Source: Chiloscyllium plagiosum (taxonomy: Eukaryota). From it: a stretch of DNA of 64,000 bases. A model generated the notes under the pieces. It saw nothing but the letters and a program-made list of their open reading frames with translations. It was not told the DNA's origin and made no database searches. The DNA lies in assembly GCF_004010195.1 (NCBI RefSeq), contig NC_057718.1, positions 52,408,254 through 52,472,253 of the forward strand. Reading direction: 5' to 3'. The position numbers were made by a program, and so were the translations under genes. Below are positions 61,495 through 64,000 of this stretch, piece by piece (position 1 is the stretch's first letter; each line of letters opens with the position of its first letter).

Positions 61495-63136
61495 ATGGTG
61501 GTTGGCCATGGTGGGTGTGCTTCCTGAACGTCAAGGAGGTTAGCAAGGGCCACCACTGAGTAACGAAGTTGTGGGGTTTACAGTCAGCATGCTGGGATAC
61601 AAAGGTAATAATAATTTGGCACAGGGAAACTCAATGTATAAGCATGGCAGCTGCTAATGCATTGAAGTGTCTGTGTTACAGTGAGAGTAGGTTAACAATG
61701 ATCACCAGCACTCTGGGGGCATTGTACATTATTACAGTTAAGTTATAGGTCTAGAGGTCAGGAGGTGATATTGGAAGTTGAAGACTTGAACAGAGCAGAG
61801 AATGGGAATTTGGAGATGCTTAGGACTGATGGAATCAACTGGGATTATAAGAAAGTAAATGTGAAAGTTTGTGGCTTACCTAGATTACCAAGCTGAGCCT
61901 TTGACTCAATCTGTGAAGCATGAACTTCCATCCTCATCCAAATTACAAATACAAAATGGTGGCCACCACACAGGGAGTGGGCAGAGCTTGTACTTTTTCC
62001 TGTCTTAACACATGGACTCCATTTGTGAGTAACGTGAGCCTCTTCAAGTGGTAAGCGTATTAATCAGGCACTTATACAGTGCAGGTTAAAGACATTTATA
62101 CTCATAGCATGCTACGTGTGAAATGCATGCAGTGATCGACTAAAAGAGACACAAATCCTGTCCACAATCCATCTTGACCACATCACTGGTCATTATTGTC
62201 ATCTCTGTGAATCAGAAATAATCACAGGTGGTCTTAAAGTTGTTCACTATGGCCAGAAATAACAAAGGCAATCCCTGGTCTCAATGTGTGTGGGCTTGAA
62301 GCTGGTTTCCTTTCCAAGCACTCACTGACACACTCTGATATGCAATGCTGTCTTTCTTGTACAATGTGAGGGGTGGGAGGACAAGACATCAGTAATCATG
62401 CAGCATTTACAATCTCCTATTGGATTTATACAATGTGATTTGTGCTGCATACATCAGAATAAAGCCCGATATGTAAAAGTTCCATATACATGCCCTCCTT
62501 GTCAGAGTCGTCCATCTCTCACTGTATCGAGGATCATGATAAAATCTTATTTATGTATGATGTGAATACTGCTCATATTAATAAGGACATCCTCTGTTTC
62601 TGATATTCCACCCACAAGTTGGTTGGAACAGATTTATATTCAGAAACGATTAGTGTTACTGTGGCTGTGTGCAACAATTGTGCAGAGAAAGTGAGGAGGA
62701 ACAAATGTGCCCACAAGACTAGAACCAGCAGTAACCTCCAGTGACTCCAGCCTCTACATGATGGACTCAGAAGTGAAAATACCCTCAGGATGCAGAGCAG
62801 GCACAGGAAGCTCAGAGTCTATTGTGATCAATGCTATTTCCTCCTGATGAGCAAAGAACATTGCCATTGCAGACTGAGGATGCCCTGGGACATCTTCACA
62901 GAACTACCAGCTGATGGAGTGGGCCCTGTGACATGAAGTTGGCAACCATCTTGTCTTGGGGGCCATCAAGTTAGGACAGATGCACTTGTTTTAAATTGTG
63001 AAATAGAGCATGTAATTTATATACATAAATGTAATTAATTTTGAGTTTGGGTTTTGAACTCATGGCATGTGGATTTTGGTCTACAAGGGAGATAAATAAT
63101 TAAGGTGCCAGTCTTTTTGAAGCCATGATTTTTTAT

Positions 63137-63450
63137 GGGGAGGTGATGGCCTAGTGGTATTATTGCTGGACTGTTAATTCAGACCCAGGTGACATTCTGG
63201 CAGATTGCAGGACTTGAATTCAATAAATATGTGGAATTAAGAATCTAATGATGCCCATGAATCCATTTTTGGGAAAAACCCATCTGGTTCACGAATGTTC
63301 TTTAAGGAAGGAAACTGCCATCCTAACCTGGTCTGACCTACATGAGATATACATCAATTTGGCTGACTCTTAACTGCTCCCTGGGCAATTAGGGATGGGC
63401 AATAAATGCTGCCTTGCCAGTGACACCCTCATCCCATGAATGAATAAAAA
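63137..63450 (+). mobile_element. tRNA-derived SINE with MetaSINE-like central domain and LINE-derived tail
   Basis: A box TGGCCTAGTGG (63147-63157). The B-box region appears deleted. Central block AAAACCCATCTGGTTCAC..TTTAAGGAAGGAAACTGCCATCCT (63274-63345). Tail GGGCAATTAGGGATGGGCAATAAATGCTG...CCCATGAATGAAT. Confidence 0.8.
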
Positions 63451-64000
63451 CAACAGTATGTATCAAAGAGAATCATGCTGGGATCCTCCTAAAGTGATAA
63501 TGTCAGCTTGTTTGTACTGTCAAGAGTTGTAGGATTAGGGAGTGCAAACATTGAAAGGCATTACCTTGCTTTAGAAGCATCAAGAATTAATTTGTTTTTG
63601 CTTAGAAAAATGTTGGTGTCAGTTCACAGATGACCTGACTATTGACAAATGTAATAAATTTGTTTTGAAGAAAGGAGTCGGTTCATAATAGTTCAGGAAC
63701 AGCTCACCTCTGTGTGATGGTTCAGTTTGAAAATTGCAGACTCAAAGGGTGATTTGAAGTTAAGAAATTTGAAGCTCAATTGAATGAAGAATCAAGAAAA
63801 AATCTATCAAGCTCTCAAGACCAGGAATTAAAAGAAAAAAGAACTCTCTCTCTGTGGAAGCGAGTGCTATAAACCTTTAGCATTGAGCTAGATAGGGTTC
63901 TGTTCTCGAATGTTTAAAATCATGCAAATTGTGTTATAAGTAAATAGTTATTTTGTTCTTGTTTACTGTCATTTCTTTTGTGAGATCAACTTCTGATTTC

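Noticed and set aside
60700..62950. Possible further Harbinger-derived sequence (also 1400-1923 and 23100-24700)
   Set aside because: Only vague terminal and motif resemblance, too decayed to call without a search.
63750..63872. Charged, coding-looking frame (FEVKKFEAQLNEESRK...)
   Set aside because: It is bounded by stops with no start codon or convincing acceptor. A-rich composition explains it.

Overview
This is vertebrate non-coding DNA dominated by transposable elements, almost certainly from a shark (elasmobranch), judging by six HE1-type tRNA-derived SINEs with CR1-matching 3' tails. No host protein-coding gene could be recognised, and the informative ORFs are TE relics. The window holds many nested CR1 LINE fragments, two families of Penelope-like elements (PLEs) with minimal hammerhead-ribozyme cores, PIF/Harbinger transposase relics, a Ty3/Gypsy pol relic, a solo LTR, a Tigger/pogo-like MITE, L2 and DeuSINE relics, and four assembly gaps. 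The most notable structure is a ~3.1 kb minus-strand LINE (51199-54304). Its 5' end is a tRNA-like SINE head joined directly to an APE-RT ORF with no room for ORF1, and it sits as one block inside a CR1. A SINE at 63137-63450 consists of just its two ends. Also notable is a graded series of tiny fold-back PLE insertions with 14-17 bp target-site duplications. All family names come from recognising motifs by eye, not from database searches, and boundaries of old elements are approximate.
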